From contig OZ024740.1 in the NCBI GenBank assembly GCA_964016885.1, forward strand, positions 434,062,001-434,126,000: 64,000 nt of DNA, in the 5' to 3' direction. A program made the position numbers and the translations under genes. This DNA is from Eledone cirrhosa (lineage: Eukaryota). Under the pieces are notes generated by a model. It saw only the letters and a list, made by a program, of their open reading frames with translations. It searched no databases and was not told the origin of the DNA. Shown here piece by piece: positions 37,045-49,200 of this stretch. Within the stretch, counting starts at the first letter, position 1. Each line of letters begins with the position of its first letter.

Positions 37045-37297
37045 CCAGATGTTGTGACCTCAGGTCTTATGTTAGAAACCAGATGTTGTGACCTCATGTC
37101 TTATGTTAGAAACCAGATGTTGTGACCTCAGGTCTTATGTTAGAAACCAGATGTTGTGACCTCATGTCTTATGTTAGAAACCAGATGTGACCTCAGGTCT
37201 TATGTTAGAAACCAGATGTTGTAACCTCAGGTCCTATGTTAGAAACCAGATATCCTTCCATCCTAGATGTTGTGACCTTGTCTTATGTTAGAAACTA
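37045..37297. repeat. 34-bp tandem repeat CCAGATGTTGTGACCTCAGGTCTTATGTTAGAAA
   Basis: CCAGAT at 37045 and 37079; about 7 copies. Confidence 0.92.
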
Positions 37298-37477
37298 GTA
37301 TTTATTTATGTGTCTTTATGTTCAGATTTAAAATCCTCCCATATTTAATCATGTGTTTCATCTCCAAGTATTTTAAAACCTAACAAAGAGGACAAATTAA
37401 CCAACCCCTATCTCCACTACAACTTGGGATCTTATACCACTGGAAAGTTGATGTATTCCCCTCATTCTATTGAGTTC

Positions 37478-37872
37478 AATTGTGAAGGTGTGTGGCTGAG
37501 TGGTTAGAGAAGTAGATTCACAATTGTGAGGTTGCAAGTTTGATTCTCGGACTGGGTAATGCTTTGTCTTTGAGCAAGACACTTTATTTCATGCTGCTCT
37601 TTCTGCCAGGAGTTGCAACCATTAGATAGCATCAGCAATGGAAAGTCCAATGGAAATATTGTTTGCTTCGACCGATTTTAAGAGTTCCACCCCACTCAAT
37701 AAACAAATGAGGTCTGGGATCTTGTCGATAATTTTGATTGATTGGTACAGTAGTTGCAACCGGTAGATAGTATCAGCAATGGAAAACCAATGAGAACATT
37801 GTTTTCTTGGTTCTATTTGACAAGTTCCACTCCACTTGGTAAGCAAATGAGGTCTGTGATCTAGTCGATTGA
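37478..37872 (+). mobile_element. tRNA-derived SINE family B-type head with a tandemly duplicated 3' domain
   Basis: A-box TGGCTGAGTGG, degenerate B-box, GAGCAAGACACTTTATTTC; the 3' domain AGTTGCAACC...GAGGTCTG.GATCT.GTCGAT occurs twice (~37611-37730, ~37752-37870). Confidence 0.75.
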
Positions 37873-38111
37873 TTTGATGAATTGATTGAGTTCATATGTA
37901 TCTGATATTTTTAGAGTATCGTTATTTTATTTTACAAGCTAGTTAATATTTATTAACACCAGCACTTATCATTATGTTTGTAATGAAACACTGAACTAAG
38001 AGGAGACTGACATAGAACTATTTACATTTCTGCTCTCTTCTACATTTTCATTTATCAAATCTCCAATCTTTTTCAAATGACCTAATTTTACATATATTTT
38101 TTATTGATCTG

Positions 38112-38358
38112 AATTGACAAGATCCCAAACCTCATTCGCTTACCTAATGGAGTGGAACTTGTCAAATCGGACCAAGGAAACGATTTTCCATTGGTCTTTG
38201 TTGATACTATCTACTGGTCACAGCTCCTGGTAGAAGGAGCAATGTGAAATAAAGTGCTGTGCTCAAGGACATAATGCATAACCCAGTCCAGAAATTGAAC
38301 TCACAACCTCCTCATTGTGAATCAAATTCTAAACACTAAGCCACGTATCTGCACAATT
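38112..38358 (-). mobile_element. Inverted copy of the SINE at 37478-37730
   Basis: Reverse complement AATTGTGCAGATACGTGGCTTAGTG...GAGTTCAATTTC...TGTCCTTGAGCACAGCACTTTATTTC...GAGGTTTGGGATCTTGTCAATT aligns end to end with the plus-strand copy. Confidence 0.8.
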
Positions 38359-38422
38359 TTCAGTTGGGTTTGAAATCAAAACATATATTTACACTGCAGA
38401 ATTTCAAAAATTAAAAACAACT

Positions 38423-38905
38423 ACTTTACAGGGTGGACTGACCGTTTTTTGTCGTGTCACCAACACAACCACTTTAAAGGGTGGACTGGGTGTTTTTTAT
38501 CGTGACACCTACACGACCACTTTACAGGGTGGACTGGGTGTTTTTTATCGTGACACCTACACGACCACTTTACAGGGTGGACTGGGTGTTTTTTATCGTG
38601 ACACCTACACGACCACTTTACAGGGTGGACTGGGTGTTTTTTATTGTGACACCTACACAACCACTTTACAGGGTGGACTGGGTGTTTTTTATTGTGACAC
38701 CTACACGACCACTTTACAGTGTGGACTGGGTGCTTTTTATTGTGACACCTACACGACCACTTTACAGTGTGGACTGGGTGCTTTTTATTGTGACACCTAC
38801 ACGACCACTTTACAGTGTGGACTGGGTGCTTTTTATTGTGACACCTACACGACCACTTTACAGGGTGGACTGGGTGCTTTTTATTGTGACACCTACATGA
38901 CCACG
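38423..38905. repeat. 48-bp minisatellite CCACTTTACAGGGTGGACTGGGTGTTTTTTATCGTGACACCTACACGA (~10 copies)
   Basis: CCAC at 38517 and 38565; the unit matches the RTE 3' UTR at ~51880-51928. Confidence 0.95.
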
Positions 38906-39172
38906 TTATGAAAATCAGAAAATAACAGATAAGGTGGGATGTGGGGAGATTAGAATTTTAAGTGGTTGACGTTAGCAACAGTACCCAGCCATAGCAACCA
39001 GGCTAAAATTGAGTGTACTGAGCAGGACTTTAGCCTCAGCACATAATACATCTCATCCATACTAGCATGGGAAATAAAAGTAATGATGGGGATGATGATG
39101 ACTATCATAAGCTTCACAGTTTTCAAAAAATTAACGTAGTGGAAATAAACTCATTAAAACAATCTAAAATTA

Positions 39173-39288
39173 CTAATTTTTGGTGCTGCTTTCTTCAAAT
39201 GTTGAAAATTTGGTCAAATTATCTTTGAATTCTGGGAAGTTTTTATTGGTCTGAGAATCTTCTTCAAAGAAAACATCTTCAGTGTCAT
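39173..39288 (-). CDS. Possible isolated terminal coding exon (DTEDVFFEEDSQTNKNFPEFKDNLTKFSTFEESSTKN*)
   Basis: TTTAG acceptor at 39289-39293 on minus, 37 open codons in non-repetitive DNA, then TAG; no homology recognised. Confidence 0.25.
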
Positions 39289-40032
39289 CTAAATTGTTAT
39301 GCGAGTAAAGTAAAGTATTTACTGCAATATAGGATAACATGTAGTTAGTATTATGTCAGTATTAATATATTTACTGCAATATAGGATAACATATAGTTAG
39401 TATTGTGTCAGTATTAATATATTTACTGCAATATAGGATAACATGTAGTTAGTATTATGTCAGTATTAATATATTTGCTGTAATATAAGATAACATATAG
39501 TTAGTATTGAGTCAGTATTAATATATTTACTGTAATATAGGATAACATATAGTTAGTATTACTGTAATATAGGATAACATATGGTTAGTATTGTGTCAGT
39601 ATTAATATATTTACTGCAATATAGGATAACATATAGTTAGTATTGTGTCGGTATTAATATATTTACTGTAATATAGGATAACATATAGTTAGTATTGAGT
39701 CAGTATTAATATATTTACTGCAATATAGGATAACATATAGTTAGTATTGTGTCGGTATTAATATATTTACTGTAATATAGGATAACATATAGTTAGTATT
39801 GTGTCAGTATTAATATATTTACTGCAATATAGGATAACATATAGTTAGTATTGTGTCGGTATTAATATATTTGCTGTAATATAAGATAACATATAGTTAG
39901 TATTGAGTCAGTATTAATATATTTACTGCAATATAGGATAACATATAGTTAGTATTGTGTCGGTATTAATATATTTACTGTAATATAGGATAACATAGTT
40001 AGTATTGAGTCAGTATTAATATATTTACTGTA

Positions 40033-43000
40033 GCAGAAAAGTGGGCAGATAAGATAATAGACGTAAATAGAGTGAACGACAGAATAATTAAAATACGACT
40101 TGTCCTCAATAGAACTACGGTGACAGTAATATCTGCGTACGCACCCCAATCCGGACTGCCCGGCACTATAAAAGACAGATTCTATGAGACACTGATGCTA
40201 ACTACCTCCCAAATATCCGACAGTGACTATATAATTATCGCAGGCGACCTAAATGGTCACGTTGGACAACATTGTGACGGCTACGACGAAATCCATGGAG
40301 GCTATGGGTTTGGTACTAGAAATGAGGAAGGCTCCAGAATCCTGGAATTCTGTGATGCAAATAACCTAACTATCTGTAACACTAACTTCAAAAAACGTGA
40401 CAATCACCTGATCACCTATAGATCCGGGGAACACACAAGCCAGGTAGATTATATCCTTACCAGAAGACGTGACAGAGTGTCTGTTGTTAACACTAAATCC
40501 CTCCCCCATGAAGAATGCACCTCCCAACATAGACTGATAATTAGCGACCTCATAGTCAGGACGAGACGTACTCGACAACAGAAGAGGACTATCCTCAGGA
40601 GGAAAATATGGAAGCTAAAGGACCCCACAGCCAGGAATAAATTTCAAAGCATATTACTTGATGCTTTCGACAGTAAGGAAGAACATTTAGAGTCGGACAA
40701 TATAGAGGGAGAGTGGGAATTTCTGAAAGCAAACCTGCTGTTGGCGACAGACGAGGTCTGTGGCTGGAGCAGGCCTGTAGGCAGGAGGAGAGTAACATGG
40801 TGGTGGAACAGTAAGGTGGAGGGGTCAATTAAGGCCAAAAAGCAGGCTTGGAAAGTATGGCGGGATGGGGGAAGTAGAGAGGACTATCAAGTGGCCAGGA
40901 GGGAAGCTAGGAGACAAGTGTACTTAGCAAGAAGGGAAGCTGAGGAAAGAAAGTTCAAGCATGTTCTACAACGCGATGACCAAAAACGTGAGGTGTTCAG
41001 GATTGCTAGGCAATGCGTCAAGGAAAACCGTGATACTGTCGGGGAGAAGTGTGTACTAAACGACGATGGCACACTTGCCATCACCGACGCTGATAAGAAG
41101 GTAGCTTGGAAGTGTCACTATGAAAGGCTTCTAAATGAGGAGAATAATTGGGAGAAAGGCAGTCTCCCCCATATCGACCCAATAGAGGGACCAGCAGTGT
41201 TAGTCGAGGGGAGTATAATAAGTAAGGCAATCAAGGATATGAAGACTGGTAAGGCGGCTGGGCCTTCGGAAATAGTTGCTGAGATGCTGAAGGCATCTGG
41301 CACGGTGGGACACACCATGGTCACCCGCATAGTTAACCAAGTCGTACAAAACGGGGTTGTTCCGAAGGACTGGCATAGCAGCATCATCGTTAACTGTTAT
41401 AAGGGTAAAGGAGACGCCCTAGATAGGAGTAACTATAGAGGCATTAAATTAATCGACCAGGTCATGAAGGTCACGGAAAGAGTAATAGCGCAACTAATCA
41501 GAGAGAGAATTGACCTAGATGAAATGCAGTTCGGGTTTGTGTCAGGCAAAAGTACCACAGACGCTCTTTTCATAGTACGACAACTACAAGAGAAGTACCT
41601 AGCTAAAGGTAAACCCCTCTACTTAGCTTTTGTCGACTTGGAGAAAGCCTTCGACAGAGTCCCCCGCTCCATTATCTGGTGGGCTCTTAGAAAACTAGGC
41701 GTTGACGAATGGCTTGTGAGGGCTATACAAGCCATGTATAAAGAAACAGTCAGCAAGGTTAGAATTAACAACGAATATAGTGAAGAGTTTAGCGTAAAAG
41801 TCGGCGTCCATCAGGGCTCTGTTCTCAGTCCACTACTATTTATTATTGCCCTTCAGGCCATAACAGAGGAGTTCAAGACAGGCTGCCCATGGGAACTCCT
41901 ATACGCAGACGACCTGACACTCATAGCGGAATCAATGGCCGAGCTAGAGAAGAAATTCCAAACATGGAAGCACGGCCTAGAGTCAAAAGGACTTAAAATT
42001 AACCTGGCTAAGACCAAAGTACTAGTTTGTAGGAAAGAAAACAAGGCGGCGGTCCCTTCTGGGAAATGGTCGTGCTCGGTGTGTAGGAAAGGCGTAGGTA
42101 GAAACTCCATTTTATGTCCTAAATGCAAAGTATGGGTGCATAAAAGATGTAGTGGGATCACAGGTAGGCTAACTAAGAACATAGATTTTACATGTGGCCG
42201 GTGCTCTGGTGCAATAAGTAGCAGCAAGTGCCCACAAACTACTAGCTCTTTCAATTGCGCAGAGGGTTCTATAGAAATAGTGGACAGCTTCCGTTACCTG
42301 GGCGATAAAATCAGCAGTGGGGGAGGGTGCTCTGAAAGTACAGTAGCTAGAGTCAGAACTGGTTGGAAAAAGTTCAGAGAGCTTATACCACTATTAGCTG
42401 CTAAAGGGTTCTCACTAAAAATGAAAGGCAGGTTGTACGATGCCTGCATACGAACAGCAATGCTGCATGGCAGTGAGACCTGGGCATTGTGTGCAGAGGA
42501 TATACGCAGACTAGAGAGGAACGAAGCTTGCATGCTCCGCTGGATGTGTAACAGTAATATACGTGAACGGCAAAGCATAAACGAACTAAGGAATAAATTA
42601 GAGATAAGAGGGATCAGATGTTGTTTACTCGAGAGAAGGCTACGTTGGTATGGACACGTGATGCGCATGAAAGTCGATAGCTGTATAACAAAGTGCAGGG
42701 CAATAAAGATAGACGGTAGTCACGGAATAGGCAGACCTAGAAAAACCTGGGTCGAGCTGATAAACTCCGACATCACACACTTACACCTCTCCAAGACAAT
42801 GTCACTGGACCGAGACCTTTGGCGGTACTCAGTAACAGAGAAGACCCGCCTTACCTAAATATATAGTAAAACCTACTCCAGCCAGTAGGCATCTCTAACA
42901 AATACACCCCGTCCCACCACCCCCACCCGATCCACACCACCCCGTTCTATGTAAAGTTATGTTGGTGCCGCGCCATCGAGGCCGAAACAAATGAGATCGT

Positions 43001-43250
43001 GTAGGTGTCACGACAAAAAAACACACAGTCCACGCTGTAATGTGGCCGTGTAGGCAACACGGTAAAAACCTCCCAGACCCACACTGTAAATGTGGTTGGT
43101 GTTAGGAAGGGCATCCAACTGTAGAAAACCTGCCAGACAGTCCTATGCGAGCAAGACAATCACTCTTGCCTCAAGTGGGACTACCCCCGTCCAAACCCAT
43201 GCAAGCGTGGAACACGGACGTTAAACGTTGATGATGATGATGATGATGAT
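40033..43250 (+). mobile_element. Young 5'-truncated RTE-clade non-LTR retrotransposon
   Basis: Single uninterrupted ORF, ~370-bp 3' UTR, (GAT)n tail; junctions share TGTA with the satellite. Confidence 0.97.
40072..42858 (+). CDS. RTE LINE polyprotein: N-truncated APE endonuclease, reverse transcriptase, PHD-like finger and C-terminal domain
   Basis: APE motifs SAYAPQ, GDLNGHVG, QVDYIL, SQHRL; RT motifs NYRGIKL, QFGF, AFVDLEKAFDRV, GVHQGSVLSPLLF, LYADD, FRYLG; RTE-type RRLRWYGHV..GRPRKTW. The frame is open back to the junction at 40033, so the GTG start is not the native start. Confidence 0.95.
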   Translation: MNDRIIKIRLVLNRTTVTVISAYAPQSGLPGTIKDRFYETLMLTTSQISDSDYIIIAGDLNGHVGQHCDGYDEIHGGYGFGTRNEEGSRILEFCDANNLTICNTNFKKRDNHLITYRSGEHTSQVDYILTRRRDRVSVVNTKSLPHEECTSQHRLIISDLIVRTRRTRQQKRTILRRKIWKLKDPTARNKFQSILLDAFDSKEEHLESDNIEGEWEFLKANLLLATDEVCGWSRPVGRRRVTWWWNSKVEGSIKAKKQAWKVWRDGGSREDYQVARREARRQVYLARREAEERKFKHVLQRDDQKREVFRIARQCVKENRDTVGEKCVLNDDGTLAITDADKKVAWKCHYERLLNEENNWEKGSLPHIDPIEGPAVLVEGSIISKAIKDMKTGKAAGPSEIVAEMLKASGTVGHTMVTRIVNQVVQNGVVPKDWHSSIIVNCYKGKGDALDRSNYRGIKLIDQVMKVTERVIAQLIRERIDLDEMQFGFVSGKSTTDALFIVRQLQEKYLAKGKPLYLAFVDLEKAFDRVPRSIIWWALRKLGVDEWLVRAIQAMYKETVSKVRINNEYSEEFSVKVGVHQGSVLSPLLFIIALQAITEEFKTGCPWELLYADDLTLIAESMAELEKKFQTWKHGLESKGLKINLAKTKVLVCRKENKAAVPSGKWSCSVCRKGVGRNSILCPKCKVWVHKRCSGITGRLTKNIDFTCGRCSGAISSSKCPQTTSSFNCAEGSIEIVDSFRYLGDKISSGGGCSESTVARVRTGWKKFRELIPLLAAKGFSLKMKGRLYDACIRTAMLHGSETWALCAEDIRRLERNEACMLRWMCNSNIRERQSINELRNKLEIRGIRCCLLERRLRWYGHVMRMKVDSCITKCRAIKIDGSHGIGRPRKTWVELINSDITHLHLSKTMSLDRDLWRYSVTEKTRLT

Positions 43251-46200
43251 GTAATATAGGATAACATATAGTTAGTATTGTGTCAGTATTAATATATTTA
43301 CTGTAATATAGGATAACATATAGTTAGTATTACTATAATATAGGATAACATATAGTTAGTATTGTGTCGGTATTAATATATTTACTGCAATATAGGATAA
43401 CATATAGTTAGTATTGTGTCGGTATTAATATATTTACTGCAATATAGGATAACATATAGTTAGTATTGTGTCAGTATTAATATATTTACTGTAATATAGG
43501 ATAACATATAGTTAGTATTGTGTCAGTATTAATATATTTACTGTAATATAGGATAACATATAGTTAGTATTGAGTCAGTATTAATATATTTACTGTAATA
43601 TAGGATAACATATAGTTAGTATTGTGTCAGTATTAATATATTTACTGTAATATAGGATAACATATAGTTAGTATTATGTCAGTATTAATATATTTACTGT
43701 AATATAGGATAACATATAGTTAGTATTGTGTCAGTATTATTATATTTACTGTAATATAGGATAACATATAGTTAGTATTGTGTCAGTATTATTATATTTA
43801 CTGTAATATAGGATAACATATAGTTAGTATTGTGTCAGTATTAATATATTTACTGTAATATAGGATAACATATAGTTAGTATTGTGTCGGTATTAATATA
43901 TTTACTGTAATATAGGATAACATATAGTTAGTATTACTGTAATATAGGATAACATATAGTTAGTATTGTGTCAGTATTATTATATTTACTGTAATATAGG
44001 ATAACATATAGTTAGTATTATTTCAGTATTAATATATTTACTGTAATATAGGATAACATATAGTTAGTATTGTGTCAGTATTATTATATTTACTGTAATA
44101 TAGGATAACATATAGTTAGTATTATTTCAGTATTAATATATTTACTGTAATATAGGATAACATATAGTTAGTATTACTGTAATATAGGATAACATATAGT
44201 TAGTATTGTGTCAGTATTAATATATTTACTGTAATATAGGATAACATATAGTTAGTATTATTTCAGTATTAATATATTTACTGTAATATAGGATAACATA
44301 TAGTTAGTATTGTGTCAGTATTAATATATTTACTGTAATATAGGATAACATATAGTTAGTATTGTGTCGGTATTAATATATTTACTGTAATATAGGATAA
44401 CATATAGTTAGTATTGTGTCGGTATTAATATATTTACTGTAATATAGGATAACATATAGTTAGTATTGTGTCAGTATTAATATATTTACCTGTAATATAG
44501 GATAACATATAGTTAGTATTGTGTCGGTATTAATATATTTACCTGTAATATAGGATAACATATAGTTAGTATTGTGTCAGTATTAATATATTTACCTGTA
44601 ATATAGGATAACATATAGTTAGTATTGTGTCGGTATTAATATATTTACCTGTAATATAGGATAACATATAGTTAGTATTGTGTCAGTATTAATATATTTA
44701 CCTGTAATATAGGATAACATATAGTTAGTTTTGTGTCGGTATTAATATATTTACTGTAATATAGGATAACATATAGTTAGTATTGTGTCAGTATTAATAT
44801 ATTTACCTGTAATATAGGATAACATATAGTTAGTATTGTGTCGGTATTAATATATTTACTGTAATATAGGATAACATATAGTTAGTATTGTGTCAGTATT
44901 AATATATTTACCTGTAATATAGGATAACATATAGTTAGTATTGTGTCGGTATTAATATATTTACCTGTAATATAGGATAACATATAGTTAGTATTGTGTC
45001 GGTATTAATATATTTACTGTAATATAGGATAACATATAGTTAGTATTGTGTCAGTATTATTATATTTACTGTAATATAGGATAACTTATAGTTAGTATTA
45101 TGTCAGTATTAATATATTTACTGTAATATAGGATAACATATAGTTAGTATTATGTCAGTATTATTATATTTACTGTAATATAGGATAACATATAGTTAGT
45201 ATTGTGTCGGTATTATTATATTTACTGTAATATAGGATAACATATAGTTAGTATTGTGTCAGTATTAATATATTTACTGTAATATAGGATAACATATAGT
45301 TAGTATTGTGTCGGTATTAATATATTTACTGTAATATAGGATAACATATAGTTAGTATTGTGTCAGTATTAATATATTTACTGTAATATAGGATAACATA
45401 TAGTTAGTATTGTGTCGGTATTAATATATTTACTGTAATATAGGATAACATATAGTTAGTATTGTGTCAGTATTAATATATTTACCTGTAATATAGGATA
45501 ACATATAGTTAGTATTGTGTCGGTATTAATATATTTACCTGTAATATAGGATAACATATAGTTAGTATTGTGTCGGTATTAATATATTTACTGTAATATA
45601 GGATAACATATAGTTAGTATTGTGTCAGTATTATTATATTTACTGTAATATAGGATAACTTATAGTTAGTATTATGTCAGTATTAATATATTTACTGTAA
45701 TATAGGATAACATATAGTTAGTATTATGTCAGTATTAATATATTTACTGTAATATAGGATAACATATAGTTAGTATTGTGTCGGTATTAATATATTTACT
45801 GTAATATAGGATAACATATAGTTAGTATTGTGTCAGTATTAATATATTTACTGTAATATAGGATAACATATAGTTAGTATTGTGTCGGTATTATTATATT
45901 TACTGTAATATAGGATAACATATAGTTAGTATTGTGTCAGTATTAATATATTTACTGTAATATAGGATAACATATAGTTAGTATTGTGTCGGTATTAATA
46001 TATTTACTGTAATATAGGATAACATATAGTTAGTATTGTGTCAGTTATAATATATTTACTGTAATATAAGATAACATATAGTTAGTATTGTGTCGGTATT
46101 AATATATTTACTGTAATATAAGATAACATATAGTTAGTATTACTGTAATATAGGATAACATATAGTTAGTATTATGTCAGTATTATTATATTTACTGTAA

Positions 46201-49200
46201 TATAGGATAACATATAGTTAGTATTGTGTCAGTATTAATATATTTACTGTAATATAGGATAACATAGTTAGTATTGTGTCAGTATTAATATATATACTGT
46301 TATATAGGATAACATATAGTTAGTATTATGTCAGTATTAATATATTTACTGTAATATAGGATAACATATAGTTAGTATTGTGTCGGTATAAATATATTTA
46401 CTGTAATATAGGATAACATATAGTTAGTATTGTGTCAGTATTAATATATTTACTGTAATATAGGATAACATATGGTTAGTATTATGTCAGTATTAATATA
46501 TTTACTGTAATATAGGATAACATATAGTTAGTATTGTGTCAGTATTAATATATTTACTGTAATATAGGATAACATATAGTTAGTATTGTGTCGGTATTAA
46601 TATATTTACTGTAATATAGGATAACATATAGTTAGTATTGTGTCGGTATTAATATATTTACTGTAATATAGGATAACATATAGTTAGTATTGTGTCAGTA
46701 TTAATATATTTACTGCAATATAGGATAACATATAGTTATTGTGTCAGTATTAATATATTTACTGTAATATAGGATAACATATAGTTAGTATTGTGTCAGT
46801 ATTAATATATTTACTGTAATATAGGATAACATATAGTTAGTATTGTGTCGGTATTAATATATTTACTGTAATATAGGATAACATATAGTTAGTATTGTGT
46901 CGGTATTAATATATTTACTGTAATATAGGATAACATATAGTTAGTATTGTGTCAGTATTAATATATTTACTGCAATATAGGATACCATATAGTTAGTATT
47001 GTGACAGTATTAATATATTTACTGTAATATAGGATAACATATAGTTAGTATTGTGTCGGTATTAATATATTTACTGTAATATAGGATAACATATAGTTAG
47101 TATTGTGTCAGTATTAATATATTTACTGTAATATAGGATAAGATATAGTTAGTATTATGTCAGTATTAATATATTTACTGTAATATAGGATAACATATAT
47201 TTAGTATTATGTCAGTATTAATATATTTACTGTAATATAAGATAACATATAGTTAGTATTGTGTCAGTATTAATATATTTACTGTAATATAGGATAACAT
47301 ATAGTTAGTATTATTTCAGTATTAATATATTTACTGTAATATAGGATAACATATAGTTAGTATTGTGTCAGTATTATTATATTTACTGTAATATAGGATA
47401 ACATATAGTTAGTATTATGTCAGTATTAATATATTTACTGTAATATAGGATAACATATAGTTAGTATTGTGTCAGTATTATTATATTTACTGTAATATAG
47501 GATAACATATAGTTAGTATTGTGTCAGTATTATTATATTTACTGTAATATAGGATAACATATAGTTAGTATTGTGTCAGTATTAATATATTTACTGTAAT
47601 ATAGGATAACATATAGTTAGTATTGTGTCAGTATTAATATATTTACTGTAATATAGGATAACATATAGTTAGTATTGTGTCGGTATTAATATATTTACTG
47701 TAATATAGGATAACATATAGTTAGTATTACTGTAATATAGGATAACATAGTTAGTATTGTGTCAGTATTATTATATTTACTGTAATATAGGATAACATAT
47801 AGTTAGTATTATTTCAGTATTAATATATTTACTGTAATATAGGATAACATATAGTTAGTATTGTGTCAGTATTATTATATTTACTGTAATATAGGATAAC
47901 ATATAGTTAGTATTATTTCAGTATTAATATATTTACTGTAATATAGGATAACATATAGTTAGTATTACTGTAATATAGGATAACATATAGTTAGTATTGT
48001 GTCAGTATTAATATATTTACTGTAATATAGGATAACATATAGTTAGTATTATTTCAGTATTAATATATTTACTGTAATATAGGATAACATATAGTTAGTA
48101 TTGTGTCAGTATTAATATATTTACTGTAATATAGGATAACATATAGTTAGTATTGTGTCGGTATTAATATATTTACTGTAATATAGGATAACATATAGTT
48201 AGTATTGTGTCGGTATTAATATATTTACTGTAATATAGGATAACATATAGTTAGTATTGTGTCAGTATTAATATATTTACCTGTAATATAGGATAACATA
48301 TAGTTAGTATTGTGTCAGTATTAATATATTTACCTGTAATATAGGATAACATATAGTTAGTATTGTGTCAGTATTAATATATTTACCTGTAATATAGGAT
48401 AACATATAGTTAGTATTGTGTCGGTATTAATATATTTACCTGTAATATAGGATAACATATAGTTAGTATTGTGTCAGTATTAATATATTTACCTGTAATA
48501 TAGGATAACATATAGTTAGTTTTGTGTCGGTATTAATATATTTACTGTAATATAGGATAACATATAGTTAGTATTGTGTCAGTATTAATATATTTACCTG
48601 TAATATAGGATAACATATAGTTAGTATTGTGTCGGTATTAATATATTTACTGTAATATAGGATAACATATAGTTAGTATTGTGTCAGTATTAATATATTT
48701 ACCTGTAATATAGGATAACATATAGTTAGTATTGTGTCGGTATTAATATATTTACCTGTAATATAGGATAACATATAGTTAGTATTGTGTCGGTATTAAT
48801 ATATTTACTGTAATATAGGATAACATATAGTTAGTATTGTGTCAGTATTATTATATTTACTGTAATATAGGATAACTTATAGTTAGTATTATGTCAGTAT
48901 TAATATATTTACTGTAATATAGGATAACATATAGTTAGTATTATGTCAGTATTATTATATTTACTGTAATATAGGATAACATATAGTTAGTATTGTGTCG
49001 GTATTATTATATTTACTGTAATATAGGATAACATATAGTTAGTATTGTGTCAGTATTAATATATTTACTGTAATATAGGATAACATATAGTTAGTATTGT
49101 GTCGGTATTAATATATTTACTGTAATATAGGATAACATATAGTTAGTATTGTGTCAGTATTAATATATTTACTGTAATATAGGATAACATATAGTTAGTA

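Noticed and set aside
37490-37555. tRNA-like A/B boxes (also 22630-22713)
   Set aside because: No cloverleaf acceptor stem; these are SINE heads.
40366-43159. Antisense ORFs within the LINE (also 51766-53803)
   Set aside because: Shadow frames of the RT ORF and UTR with no independent features.
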